Source: a virus
DNA: 64,000 nucleotides
Direction: 5' to 3' (one strand)
Virus record (IMG/VR): IMGVR_UViG_3300047585_000208
Location: 64,001-128,000 of that record
Shown here piece by piece: positions 1-8,875 of this stretch. Both the position numbers and the translations under genes were made by a program. Numbering within the stretch: position 1 is the stretch's first letter; every line of letters begins with the position of its first letter. The notes beneath the pieces were generated by a model. That model was not told where the DNA came from and did not search any database. It worked only from the letters and a program-made list of their open reading frames with translations.

Positions 1-986
1 TAAATTTCTTCATCGGTCGCCTTTGGGCGGATATTGAAACCACCTACCACGATCTTACCGACAGCCGTTTGTCCGCGAGGTATCGCTCGGCGGCGCTGAG
101 GCAGGCCGACAACATTGTTGTGACTACACGAAAGGCTTGCGCTGCAACTGGCAACACCTCGACGAAACCGCACTTCACTGGCACGGCGATTCTTGACGCC
201 AAGTTTATTACGATTGAAGCTGGCACCGGCCATTTTGATCTTGCCATTCGCATATCTTCGCTTGTCAACGGCGAGCGCATTGTTGTGCTGACCAAAGCGA
301 CTCGTGTCCTCAATAAGTGGCTTGCCGTTCCCGGTGCGAAGCTTATTCAAGGCTGCGGTCTTGCCGACGATCATCTTGTTTTGTGGGCTAGCGTTGGCGA
401 TGAAGCCCCCAAGGAAGAAGGCTATTCGATTGGCATCGATATTGGCGTCAATAAGCTTATTTCCACAAGCGAAGAAGAGCACTTCGGCACCGACTTCAAG
501 GATATTTGCGACAAGCTTCGTCGCAAGAAGCCCGGCAGCGCAGGACACCGTCGAGCTTGTGCCGAGCGCAAGAATTTCATCAACAGAACCGTAAATCAAT
601 TGGCGTGGGGGCGCATTCGCGTTATTGGCGTCGAGCGCCTCCGCAATCTCAAGAAAGGCAAAAAACCAAATAGAGGAAAAACCTTCAGAAAAGCTATCTC
701 GCCTTGGACGTATTGCCAGGTGATAGAACGGGTAAAATGCAAAGCTCAAGAGAACCGTGTTCGTCTTGTTGAAATTGACCCCGCATACACCTCCCAAACA
801 TGCCCCGTCTGCAAGAAGGTGAGTAAAGAAAACCGAGTGGGAGAGCACTTTCAATGCGTGTCTTGCGCTTGGAGCTGTGACGCCGACACCGTCGGAGCGT
901 TAAATGTGCTCGCTCGAACCACGGATACTCTGCGCAGTTTGGAGTCGCGCAGGCTTCTTAAAGCCAATGACAAACCGTTGAAATAA
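1..986 (+). mobile_element. tnpB: TnpB (IS200/605/IS607-family RNA-guided nuclease), 5' end outside window
   Basis: Frame open from nt 3. RuvC motifs GIDIG, GVERL and DADTVGALN; Zn fingers CPVC/CVSC; clearly related to the TnpB at 62982. Confidence 0.9.
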
Positions 987-1014
987 ATGCCTAGTCATTG
1001 ATTAACTCCTTGGC

Positions 1015-1281
1015 GTGATCATTTATTTCAAGGCAGCTAAGCTACTTGGACAATTTACGGATGGATTAGCTGGCGAGGACCCACTTGAAGCGCCGTCTTC
1101 CGGCGCAACAGCCGCCTGTGTAGTATTTATGCCGATTATAGCGATCGTCGATGTAGTCATTATCATTGGCAACATTATTAACCGTGTTTGTGCATTTAAA
1201 TCTAAACCAAAGCTAGCAAGGCAGCACAATCGGGCTTACCGGATTGGTCGCCGAATAAGCTGCTGGACGCGAGGAGACTAA
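1015..1281 (+). CDS. small membrane protein, possibly 5'-truncated by the IS
   Basis: Hydrophobic stretch and RIGRRI tail resembling 1370..1696. Confidence 0.45.
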   Translation: MIIYFKAAKLLGQFTDGLAGEDPLEAPSSGATAACVVFMPIIAIVDVVIIIGNIINRVCAFKSKPKLARQHNRAYRIGRRISCWTRGD

Positions 1282-1369
1282 CATTCCGCTAGGGCTGCTA
1301 GGGCTACATAAAGATGGCTCGCCTTACTGCGACCTTGCTTCATTACAGCGTTGGTATGGAGTTGAGAAT

Positions 1370-1696
1370 TTGCCTTTGATCGTGTTACTGGTACTTTTGA
1401 CTGGTTGGGGTTATCGAGTCGGTGGGCACTTTACACTTGGGTTACTGGACAGACCGGCAAAATGTCACGATTTCGACGAATGGACGAATGATTTAATCTT
1501 ATGCACTTGGCCGATCTGGCTAATAGCTACGGTAGTTCTTATAGCGTGCGCAAGTGTCGTTGTTGTAATAAAAACTACATTTAAAGGTGTAAAAGCTTTA
1601 ACTAAGCTTATTTATGGCAACAAAGACCCTGAAAGATCGGTCGCACGAAGAGTTGGGTACTGGCTTGGTAATCAAGTAGATCAAATGATAGGTTAA
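1370..1696 (+). CDS. membrane protein
   Basis: Two hydrophobic segments; GGAG RBS; resembles 25508..25813. Confidence 0.6.
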   Translation: MPLIVLLVLLTGWGYRVGGHFTLGLLDRPAKCHDFDEWTNDLILCTWPIWLIATVVLIACASVVVVIKTTFKGVKALTKLIYGNKDPERSVARRVGYWLGNQVDQMIG

Positions 1697-1748
1697 AAGT
1701 CTAGTTGAGTAATACGTTACTCAAACTGCCTAGTTTAACATTTTCAGA

Positions 1749-1785
1749 AAAGCCCTCTGGCGTGCCGCCAGAGGGCTTTCTTTGC
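1749..1785 (+). terminator. intrinsic terminator-like hairpin
   Basis: 14-bp stem AAAGCCCTCTGGCG/CGCCAGAGGGCTTT followed by T-rich tract. Confidence 0.75.
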
Positions 1786-2095
1786 TTCATTTGAAGTTTA
1801 GCTCGCTAAAAGGAACAGAATCGATTCTGAGCGATTCTGGAGCGTTTAAAAGGCATTCTGCTACAGATCGCGGAATGTGTTGGTATAACTTTACTCTTTG
1901 TTAAAGCTAAAACATGCCTCCGGCACAGCTCGCGAAGTGTTTCTGTTGTGGTTTGTTTTGATGTAAATCTTTTAATCTCAACGATTTACATTTACAGCTC
2001 GCGATATGTTCTTTTGTTTGTTTTTCATTTTTTCTTTTTATTTTATCTTTTCAGTTTGCCTATGCTCAACCCCTCGGCCGTAGGCCGGAGAGGGG

Positions 2096-3061
2096 TTGAG
2101 CATAGGCGAAACTGTCTTATACTCCTACGTTAGTAGGAGTAGACGATATATACCCCCCTTTGTCCTCTTACCTCTCTACCTGAGGAGTAAGCTCGTGTTT
2201 TCATCTGACATTAACTGGAGATTCAAATCTTTCCAGTCAAGAGAAGCTTTGACTATTCTGCGATCTGCGGTCTTTGCCCCTATTTTAGGAAAAGCAAAGA
2301 GTCTGTCACCAGAACAAGCTATGTGTAGAATTTTGACTCAGTGGCGAGAAACTGCAAAAGCTCTCGCAGTCTCTAATTGGCTTGCCCCCGAGAGTTTACC
2401 TATCTACAGGAACTGCAAGCCGTTTTTGGTAAACGTCCATGGCAAGTCTAAGACCTTGCCTTGTCAGTACTACCAAGTTTGCCCGTGGTGCTTTGCGAGA
2501 TCGTGTGCACGGCCCGCTACCGCTTTCCTTAGAGCCTTCTCTAAAGATGAAGGCCTTTTCTCTGCGCTTGAAGTAGAACGTATACCCGTCGCGAACTACC
2601 CACCTGCTGAGCTTAAGAAGTTCCTAGCTCACAAAAAACAAATCATGGTTGAAAGTCATGCAGCCAATAACCAATGTCGGCGCGGTTCTGTCTACACAAT
2701 CACAGCTGAGCCAGCTCTAAGGGAAGGGGTTTGGCATTGGAAGATAAGGTCTTACTTGCTAATGATAGTTAATCCAGCGATTCGCGATCTGCATACTTGG
2801 AGTAATTGGAGTTGGACTTTAATGCCTTTTCCTAGTCAGGAGGAGCTCTATCACTGTTTGTCGTCTGTGTTTAGATATCCTCGGATGCTACTGCTCAGTG
2901 AAAAGCCTGAGTTAGTAGCAGAAGCGTTAGCTGCGCGCGAGGGTTTACGTTTGCGAGAAGTTACTGGGCGCGTTCGCGCAGTACACGACAAGCTAAAGGT
3001 CAAACATGAACAAAAAGGAGCAACCGGTGTTACAAGAATTGGTACTGAAGCACTACTCTGA
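2096..3061 (+). CDS. hypothetical protein with Cys cluster (CQYYQVCPWC)
   Basis: 321-aa ORF; start uncertain. Confidence 0.65.
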   Translation: MSIGETVLYSYVSRSRRYIPPFVLLPLYLRSKLVFSSDINWRFKSFQSREALTILRSAVFAPILGKAKSLSPEQAMCRILTQWRETAKALAVSNWLAPESLPIYRNCKPFLVNVHGKSKTLPCQYYQVCPWCFARSCARPATAFLRAFSKDEGLFSALEVERIPVANYPPAELKKFLAHKKQIMVESHAANNQCRRGSVYTITAEPALREGVWHWKIRSYLLMIVNPAIRDLHTWSNWSWTLMPFPSQEELYHCLSSVFRYPRMLLLSEKPELVAEALAAREGLRLREVTGRVRAVHDKLKVKHEQKGATGVTRIGTEALL

Positions 3062-3362
3062 TCCTTCTGCGACCAAAGCGTACTGCGAGTGGCCGTTTGT
3101 TTACTTGATTGGTTTGGCGCAGCACCACAACCGCGAGATTGCTGAAAACAACGGCTGGGAGTGGCGTGAACCTGACATGTTTGTTGTTGACATGCCTATG
3201 CCGGCTAAAGCTGGTAACTGGGCAGCTCGATTGTACGGGATGAAGATCTCGATCTTTCTTCGCGAGAATAACGGTCGGATTGAGGGTAGAGCTGCTGCGC
3301 CTTCTGATTCGAATGCCTTTGAGTCTGGGCAGGAGGTTGAGAAATGGAAAGAAGTGAGGTAA
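3006..3362 (+). CDS. hypothetical protein
   Basis: ATG ORF overlapping both neighbours. Confidence 0.6.
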   Translation: MNKKEQPVLQELVLKHYSDPSATKAYCEWPFVYLIGLAQHHNREIAENNGWEWREPDMFVVDMPMPAKAGNWAARLYGMKISIFLRENNGRIEGRAAAPSDSNAFESGQEVEKWKEVR

Positions 3363-3628
3363 TTAACGCTGTCCAACTATTGAGCGGCGAGATTATTGGT
3401 TTTGGTTGTAGCTCTACTGGAACTAATTGTCCATATCGTCTTGTAGGGTTATTGACAGGTATAGGCTGCGCCTCAGGAGGCCCAGATTACGAGGCTGGGC
3501 AGTGGGACGGGACTGGTGAAGGTTCTGGATCTTCTCTTGGGTGTCTGGCTTTTGTTGAGCCCACTGCTGGGTATGGGAGGGGCTGGGGAACGCCCGCTGG
3601 GGATGGACTTTGTACAGGAACTAGTTGA
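3344..3628 (+). CDS. small Gly-rich protein
   Basis: GxG repeats; AGGAGG RBS; stop TGA is the start of a palindrome. Confidence 0.7.
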   Translation: MERSEVINAVQLLSGEIIGFGCSSTGTNCPYRLVGLLTGIGCASGGPDYEAGQWDGTGEGSGSSLGCLAFVEPTAGYGRGWGTPAGDGLCTGTS

Positions 3629-3656
3629 GTAATGCATTACTCAGAAAGGCGTTACT

Positions 3657-3941
3657 GTGACAAAAACAATTTACCGCCAAAACTGTACCTCTTTGGGTGA
3701 CGGAGTTGGCGACTTTGAGGACCATATGTCTGCCAGTACTGACGGATGCGGCGGACCTGACTGTCTTGCCGGGCAGCAGCATGGCGTTGGCTTCGCTAGG
3801 GGTGACGCTTCTGGCTTTGGGGAGACTACCATTAGGGGCAGCGTTTTTGGCCTTGGGCAGTTTAATGGAAAGTCATTTGGCGAAGCCAAAGGTTGGGGCG
3901 TGGGTCGTGGAGCTGTTAACGGCACAGGCCACGACGAGTAA
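3657..3941 (+). CDS. small Gly-rich protein
   Basis: GxG repeats; palindromes on both sides. Confidence 0.7.
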   Translation: MTKTIYRQNCTSLGDGVGDFEDHMSASTDGCGGPDCLAGQQHGVGFARGDASGFGETTIRGSVFGLGQFNGKSFGEAKGWGVGRGAVNGTGHDE

Positions 3942-3965
3942 GCCGTTACTCAAGAAAGGAAATTT

Positions 3966-4214
3966 ATGCTCGCTATCGAGAAGGCAGCTGGAACTGAGCT
4001 TGGAGATGGTGGTGGAATATACGAAAGCAGTATGGCGAGAGTTTTTGGTAATAGCTATGAAGATTGGCCAGCAGGGTTCAAGGATGGTAGCGGTATAGGT
4101 ATTGTGATTGAACCAATCGGTTCTTACGTTGACGAGGCTGTTGGTTATAACCCCGGGGTTGCCACATGCGCTGGAGCACGCGATGGAACCGGAGCTGACT
4201 ATGGAGCTGCCTAA
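3966..4214 (+). CDS. small Gly-rich protein
   Basis: AAGGA RBS after a palindrome; GDGGG motif. Confidence 0.7.
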   Translation: MLAIEKAAGTELGDGGGIYESSMARVFGNSYEDWPAGFKDGSGIGIVIEPIGSYVDEAVGYNPGVATCAGARDGTGADYGAA

Positions 4215-4216
4215 CT

Positions 4217-4450
4217 ATGCAAAGCTATAAAACTCGTGCTGGAACAGGGGGAGGCGACGGCGGCGGGTCATTTGAGAATTCAGTTTCTTTGGGCAATGGC
4301 ACCAGTTTCTACGACTGGGGTTCAGGAGATTTAGGTGGTTGTAGTGCGTTTATTGACGACGTTAATACGGTTTCTTGTAGCGGTAAGGGTTACGGTGTTT
4401 TAAATGGCGTTGGTAATGCTATCGGGGAGGGTTATTGCTATGCTGACTGA
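4217..4450 (+). CDS. small Gly-rich protein
   Basis: GGDGGG and GxGYG motifs; tightly coupled to neighbours. Confidence 0.65.
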   Translation: MQSYKTRAGTGGGDGGGSFENSVSLGNGTSFYDWGSGDLGGCSAFIDDVNTVSCSGKGYGVLNGVGNAIGEGYCYAD

Positions 4451-4697
4451 CTCAGCCGACGGATCTGGTAGGGAATTTGTCGAGCTTTTCGGTTTCTATG
4501 ACGCAGACGGCTGTGTTGGCTTTTTTGACGTTGGCGCTGGTTATCGTAGTAACACTGGAGGAGGCTATAGTAGCGAGGGCGACCAGCTTGGAATCGGCTT
4601 TGGCCAAGGTTGTTCTGCTGGTAGTGGAACCGCTTTAGGGTGTGGTGACTACTCTTTAAGTATAGGAAAAACACATGTACGCAGCAGACTTAATTAA
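4440..4697 (+). CDS. small Gly-rich protein
   Basis: ATG at 4440 after GGAGG; GxG repeats. Confidence 0.65.
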   Translation: MLTDSADGSGREFVELFGFYDADGCVGFFDVGAGYRSNTGGGYSSEGDQLGIGFGQGCSAGSGTALGCGDYSLSIGKTHVRSRLN

Positions 4698-5319
4698 AAC
4701 CTGCGCTAAGGCTAATAATCTCCCCCCGGAGATTCAAATCATTTTGATTACTGAGTTTCTGGTTGACAAATTGCCAGGAGTTCAAGGTGAGGTTGTCTCG
4801 GAAAAACTTCGAGAGATACTTGAAGCAGTTGGGGTAGTCCCAGACGTTGTTATTGATGTTATTGGTGCTCTGCTTGATCGTTATGCCGCAACTAAGGATT
4901 TGCCGAAATATCTCAAGGACTTTTTGGCTGGCTGGGCAACGGCAGTTATTCCAGAGCCAACTAACGCGACTATTATTTGTGAGGTGACTGCTGAAGAAGC
5001 AAAGCGAATTGACAAGGCTTTTAGCGACGTGGCTTGGCCAATTGGTGTTCGAATGCCTGTCGGTAGTGTGCGGGATACCGAGGTACCGGATTGGCTGAGT
5101 TGCGTATTAATCACGTTAATTGGCAATTCTGCAGGTGCACCAGTCATCGATATTAGTTTGTGGATTGATGATAAATGCGTAGCTTCTGGGCCTCCTTGTT
5201 ATTCGCTTGATGAACCAATTCGAGTAACGTATAGGAGTGTTTGCGTTGAAATTAAATTTGTGAGATTGCCAGAGGTTCAGAGTGGCGCGCCCAAAGAAGC
5301 AACCCAAGGGTCAACCTAG
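4675..5319 (+). CDS. hypothetical protein
   Basis: 214-aa ORF. Confidence 0.7.
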   Translation: MYAADLIKTCAKANNLPPEIQIILITEFLVDKLPGVQGEVVSEKLREILEAVGVVPDVVIDVIGALLDRYAATKDLPKYLKDFLAGWATAVIPEPTNATIICEVTAEEAKRIDKAFSDVAWPIGVRMPVGSVRDTEVPDWLSCVLITLIGNSAGAPVIDISLWIDDKCVASGPPCYSLDEPIRVTYRSVCVEIKFVRLPEVQSGAPKEATQGST

Positions 5320-5494
5320 ACCCGGACGAGAAGTCAAGTGTTTAGGCCTTAACTGCGGAAAAATGTTTTGGTCTGAGGACCCTTGTCGAATAAGAATTTG
5401 TCCTGTGTGCCGGAAAAAGCCTGGCCGTAATGATGTGCCGAGGATAAGGCTTTTCAAAACAGACAATCTTGGAGGGTTTCATCCTCCGGAGTGA
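5282..5494 (+). CDS. small Zn-ribbon protein
   Basis: CxxxxC and CPVC motifs; basic. Confidence 0.6.
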   Translation: MARPKKQPKGQPRPGREVKCLGLNCGKMFWSEDPCRIRICPVCRKKPGRNDVPRIRLFKTDNLGGFHPPE

Positions 5495-5529
5495 AAAGTT
5501 AAGTAACGCATTACTCAAAAGGAGGAAGC

Positions 5530-5874
5530 ATGTTCAATCACGCAATTGCTTGCGCTGTTGAATCACTTGTTTCTGCCGGTTTTATTGATAAGCAGAAGTC
5601 TTCAGAAGCCGAAGCGCACATGCGCGAGTTTTGGAAAAATAAGCTTGTCGATATCTGGTCTGTGGAGGATGTTCAATCTGTTAGACCAGATCTTGATGAA
5701 AAGCAAGCGGTCATGGTGCTTGAACACCTAGATCGCAACTTTGATAGCGAGATTGGAATTAACTGGCAGCGAATTGAACAAGCTGCTATTTACGTCTTTG
5801 GCCCTCTTGAGTTGGATTCCTGTCGCCTCACTTCTTTGTTAGCAGAGGAGCTTGTTGATGGCCGTGCCGATTAG
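5530..5874 (+). CDS. phage hypothetical protein
   Basis: Strong RBS right after a palindrome; WSVEDV...GINW motif. Confidence 0.75.
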   Translation: MFNHAIACAVESLVSAGFIDKQKSSEAEAHMREFWKNKLVDIWSVEDVQSVRPDLDEKQAVMVLEHLDRNFDSEIGINWQRIEQAAIYVFGPLELDSCRLTSLLAEELVDGRAD

Positions 5875-6952
5875 CGCTATCACCGCCGACGACCATCTTG
5901 ATACACATACCTGGGCTAAACATCCTGATCTAGCTGGCGACAGCTACTTTGCTTTCAGCCAAAAAATTGATTACTGTCTTGCCCGTGATCTTTCTCTAAT
6001 CCAAGCCGGGGATCTCTTTAATCGCCGATTTCCTGATCCGGCCTCTGTGTACTTCTTTAATCAGCAGATGCACAGAATGAAACGCGGAGACATCGGTGTT
6101 TATGCCATTCAGGGTAACCACGAGGTCTTTCGTACCAGCCCGTGGCTGAGCTCTAACGCGAGCGGTTGCCCAGCACACGTTCACAAGAAGGCTTTTCAGA
6201 TCGGCGATATCTGGTTCTACGGCCTTGACTTTCAGCCAGCTGAACAGTTAAAACTTGAACTAGTCGCCCTTAGGCAACTTGAACCAAAGCCTCATGTCCT
6301 TATCGCTCATCAGGTTTGGGAGGAGCCGATGGGGCTTAAAGCTGGTCCTGAAGCTGCTTATCGAGACGTCCCAGTTGTGCAGATGCTTATTACTGGTGAT
6401 TTCCATCGCCATTGTGTTACTCGCTGTGTAGGCGTAGACGAGCAGCCTTTAACCGTTCTTAGCCCCGGGTCGCAGTGTCTGCAGAGTAAAGCTGAGGACC
6501 CAAATAAGTATTTCTTTATCCTCTATAGCGACTTGACAGTTGAATCGGTATTGCTTAAGTCAAGGCCACTTGAGCGATTTAAGTTTCGTAATCCGCTTTC
6601 TTTCGAGGATGAGCTAGCTCAAGCTGTCGCTAAAGCTGTTCCTGGCAACGAGTTACCAGAGCACATTGCAAAGCCTATTTTTGTTGTTGAGTATTCAGAG
6701 CTAATTTCGAACGTTCACGCGCGCTTAAAGGCAGCCTTGGCCGGCAAGGTTCATTTGTTTGAAACGCCCATCGAGTCGAGGGCTGCGAAAGCTGAAGTTA
6801 AGCCGGCTATTGCAAAGTGCGGGGCTGTTGAGCAGCTGGAGCTTTTTAAAGAGGATTTGCCTGTTTACGAAACTTCAAAGAGGCTTCTAACTGCCAAAGA
6901 CCCTCTTAGCGAGTGGCAGGAAATTATTTCTGACGCCTCGAAAGGTTCTTGA
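5858..6952 (+). CDS. sbcD: SbcD/Mre11-like metallophosphoesterase nuclease
   Basis: Motifs ADDHL, GDLF, GNHE, HQ, GDFH, PGS; SbcC gene nearby. Confidence 0.9.
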   Translation: MAVPISAITADDHLDTHTWAKHPDLAGDSYFAFSQKIDYCLARDLSLIQAGDLFNRRFPDPASVYFFNQQMHRMKRGDIGVYAIQGNHEVFRTSPWLSSNASGCPAHVHKKAFQIGDIWFYGLDFQPAEQLKLELVALRQLEPKPHVLIAHQVWEEPMGLKAGPEAAYRDVPVVQMLITGDFHRHCVTRCVGVDEQPLTVLSPGSQCLQSKAEDPNKYFFILYSDLTVESVLLKSRPLERFKFRNPLSFEDELAQAVAKAVPGNELPEHIAKPIFVVEYSELISNVHARLKAALAGKVHLFETPIESRAAKAEVKPAIAKCGAVEQLELFKEDLPVYETSKRLLTAKDPLSEWQEIISDASKGS

Positions 6953-7109
6953 TATGTCAGAGTCGCCCATTTTTCGCCAAATCTGCGTGGACTTGCATAC
7001 CATTGTTTGCCTGGACGCGCTTATTCTTCTTTTTGTCATCCTCGACTTTGCTCACGGGGTTTGGATAAAAAGATTTCAAAAATAATTCCAAAAAGGGGCT
7101 TGCCGATCT

Positions 7110-7268
7110 ATGCTCGATTCCATAGTATTAGGCGGAATAGTGATTGGTTGTGGTTTAGGCTTGTGTGCCCTTGCTGTTGGTTTCTTTGAGCTGTTGGATT
7201 GGTCGATGGGAGAGGATGATACCGACGATGACGATCACCATCAAGGTGGCCCAGTTCTAGCTGCGTAA
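7110..7268 (+). CDS. single-pass microprotein with acidic tail
   Basis: Translated by eye: MLDSIVLGGIVIGCGLGLCALAVGFFELLDWSMGEDDTDDDDHH...; stop lies in a palindrome. Confidence 0.55.
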   Translation: MLDSIVLGGIVIGCGLGLCALAVGFFELLDWSMGEDDTDDDDHHQGGPVLAA

Positions 7269-7350
7269 TACGTTACTCAGCGCCTAGAGTCGAGGGCTAA
7301 ATCGACTAGACAGCGAGAAGCTGTTTTACGCCCGCCTATGGATTACGGCG

Positions 7351-8502
7351 ATGAGTAGCCTAATAGTCGAAGTCTGCGAAGTAGCTGATGTCGTCGATCA
7401 TCCTAATGCCGATCGAATGGCTGTAGCTAAGATTCGTGGTTGGGACGTTTGTGTAGCTAAGAATTCGGATGGCACGCCTTGGTGTAAGAAGGGGCAGAAG
7501 GTCGTCTTTTTCCCGCCTGACTCCGTTATTCCTCAAGCAGTTAGCGATAAGCACGGTGTTACAAAGTATCTGTCAAAAGGTCGTGTTCGCGTTGCAAATC
7601 TTCGTGGATTCAAGAGTTACGGCTATCTTGCTGATCTAGACGATCCGAGTTGGCCAGTTGGTAAAGACGTCGCTGAGCATTACGGTGTTACTAAGTACGA
7701 TCCGCCGATGCGGACTACCCAAGGAGACGCGGCTAAACCTCATCCGCTTTTCCACACCTATTACGACATGGAGAACATTAGAAACTTCCCAGATGTTTTC
7801 CAAGAAGGTGAAGAAGTTTATGTGACCGAGAAGATCCACGGAGAGAATTGCCGTTTAGGCCTTATTCGCGATACGAACGATAAAGGTGAAGCTGTTTGGA
7901 AGTGGATGGCCGGCACGCACGCGGTCCGGCGTAAACGTTTTTATCAAAAGCGCGATCGAGAGACTTTTGAGTTTGTCGGGCCGGCGCTCACGAGCTCGTG
8001 CTGGCAGTGTTTTAATCCTGAAATAATGCGAATGTTGCTCGATGTTAGCAAGTGCGGTTATACGCTTGAAGAATTTAGTAAGTCGGAGTATGCCGATAGA
8101 CCGCCTGCGCCGTCTGGCAATAGCGTTGTGCTCTTTGGAGAGCGATTTGGGATGCAGGATATAAAATACGGCCTCACGGACGGCAAATTCAGTTTCCGCG
8201 CTTTCGATTTGACGATTAACGGTCGGTACGTAGACTTTGAGGAGAAACTTTCTAAGTTCAAAGCTTTCGGTGTACTGCACGTTCCGTTTCTCTGGCAAGG
8301 ACCTTATAGCTTCGAGAAGATTGTCGAATTGACTGAAGGTCCTTCTTTTCTTCATAACGGACAGCCTTTCAAGGAAGGTGTTGTTGTAACTGCTGCGGTG
8401 GAGCGGTCAGTTGTTACGTCACGGAAGGTCATGAGTCGCGCTCAGCTCAAGTGTATTAGCTTCGCTTACCTGAGTCGGAAAGATGGAACTGAGGGTCACT
8501 AA
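7351..8502 (+). CDS. RNA ligase, DRB0094/Rnl2-like
   Basis: N-terminal HPNADR OB domain; motif I EKIHG; GE, FD, EGVV and K motifs. Confidence 0.9.
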   Translation: MSSLIVEVCEVADVVDHPNADRMAVAKIRGWDVCVAKNSDGTPWCKKGQKVVFFPPDSVIPQAVSDKHGVTKYLSKGRVRVANLRGFKSYGYLADLDDPSWPVGKDVAEHYGVTKYDPPMRTTQGDAAKPHPLFHTYYDMENIRNFPDVFQEGEEVYVTEKIHGENCRLGLIRDTNDKGEAVWKWMAGTHAVRRKRFYQKRDRETFEFVGPALTSSCWQCFNPEIMRMLLDVSKCGYTLEEFSKSEYADRPPAPSGNSVVLFGERFGMQDIKYGLTDGKFSFRAFDLTINGRYVDFEEKLSKFKAFGVLHVPFLWQGPYSFEKIVELTEGPSFLHNGQPFKEGVVVTAAVERSVVTSRKVMSRAQLKCISFAYLSRKDGTEGH

Positions 8503-8511
8503 GGAGGATCA

Positions 8512-8637
8512 ATGCTGGATTACTTATTTGAAACCTTTGTTTGGCTTCTAGTTTGCGGATCAGTTTTTACGATTATCTTTGTTGTCGCAGAAACCTTCTA
8601 TCACGACTACGAAGATGATGATGACTTTTTTGAGTAA
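8512..8637 (+). CDS. single-pass microprotein with acidic tail
   Basis: AAGGAGG RBS; hydrophobic run then EDDDDFFE. Confidence 0.55.
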   Translation: MLDYLFETFVWLLVCGSVFTIIFVVAETFYHDYEDDDDFFE

Positions 8638-8664
8638 TGCGTTACTCAGTTTTAAGGAGGATGG

Positions 8665-8772
8665 ATGGCGCTTTATCAGTTCATTGGGCTTATGTCGCTT
8701 GTTGTGGTTGTCTTTGGAATCGGGATTCTCGGGATCCTGGTTGAGGACGACGCACCTTTTAAGGAGAACTAA
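8665..8772 (+). CDS. single-pass microprotein
   Basis: AAGGAGG RBS; hydrophobic run then EDD. Confidence 0.5.
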   Translation: MALYQFIGLMSLVVVVFGIGILGILVEDDAPFKEN

Positions 8773-8773
8773 C

Positions 8774-8875
8774 GTGGCAGAGATTCTCGTAGGTTTTCTA
8801 TCGCTCGGGTTTTTGCTGCTCGTGTTGGTCGCTGCGGGCTACGGGACGATCATTGAGGCAGATGAGTTGCACTAA
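8774..8875 (+). CDS. single-pass microprotein
   Basis: AAGGAG RBS, GTG start; hydrophobic run then EADE. Confidence 0.5.
   Translation: MAEILVGFLSLGFLLLVLVAAGYGTIIEADELH

Noticed and set aside
1-986. Terminal repeat or circular overlap with the TnpB at the window end
   Set aside because: The two tnpB genes are homologous but differ substantially in sequence.
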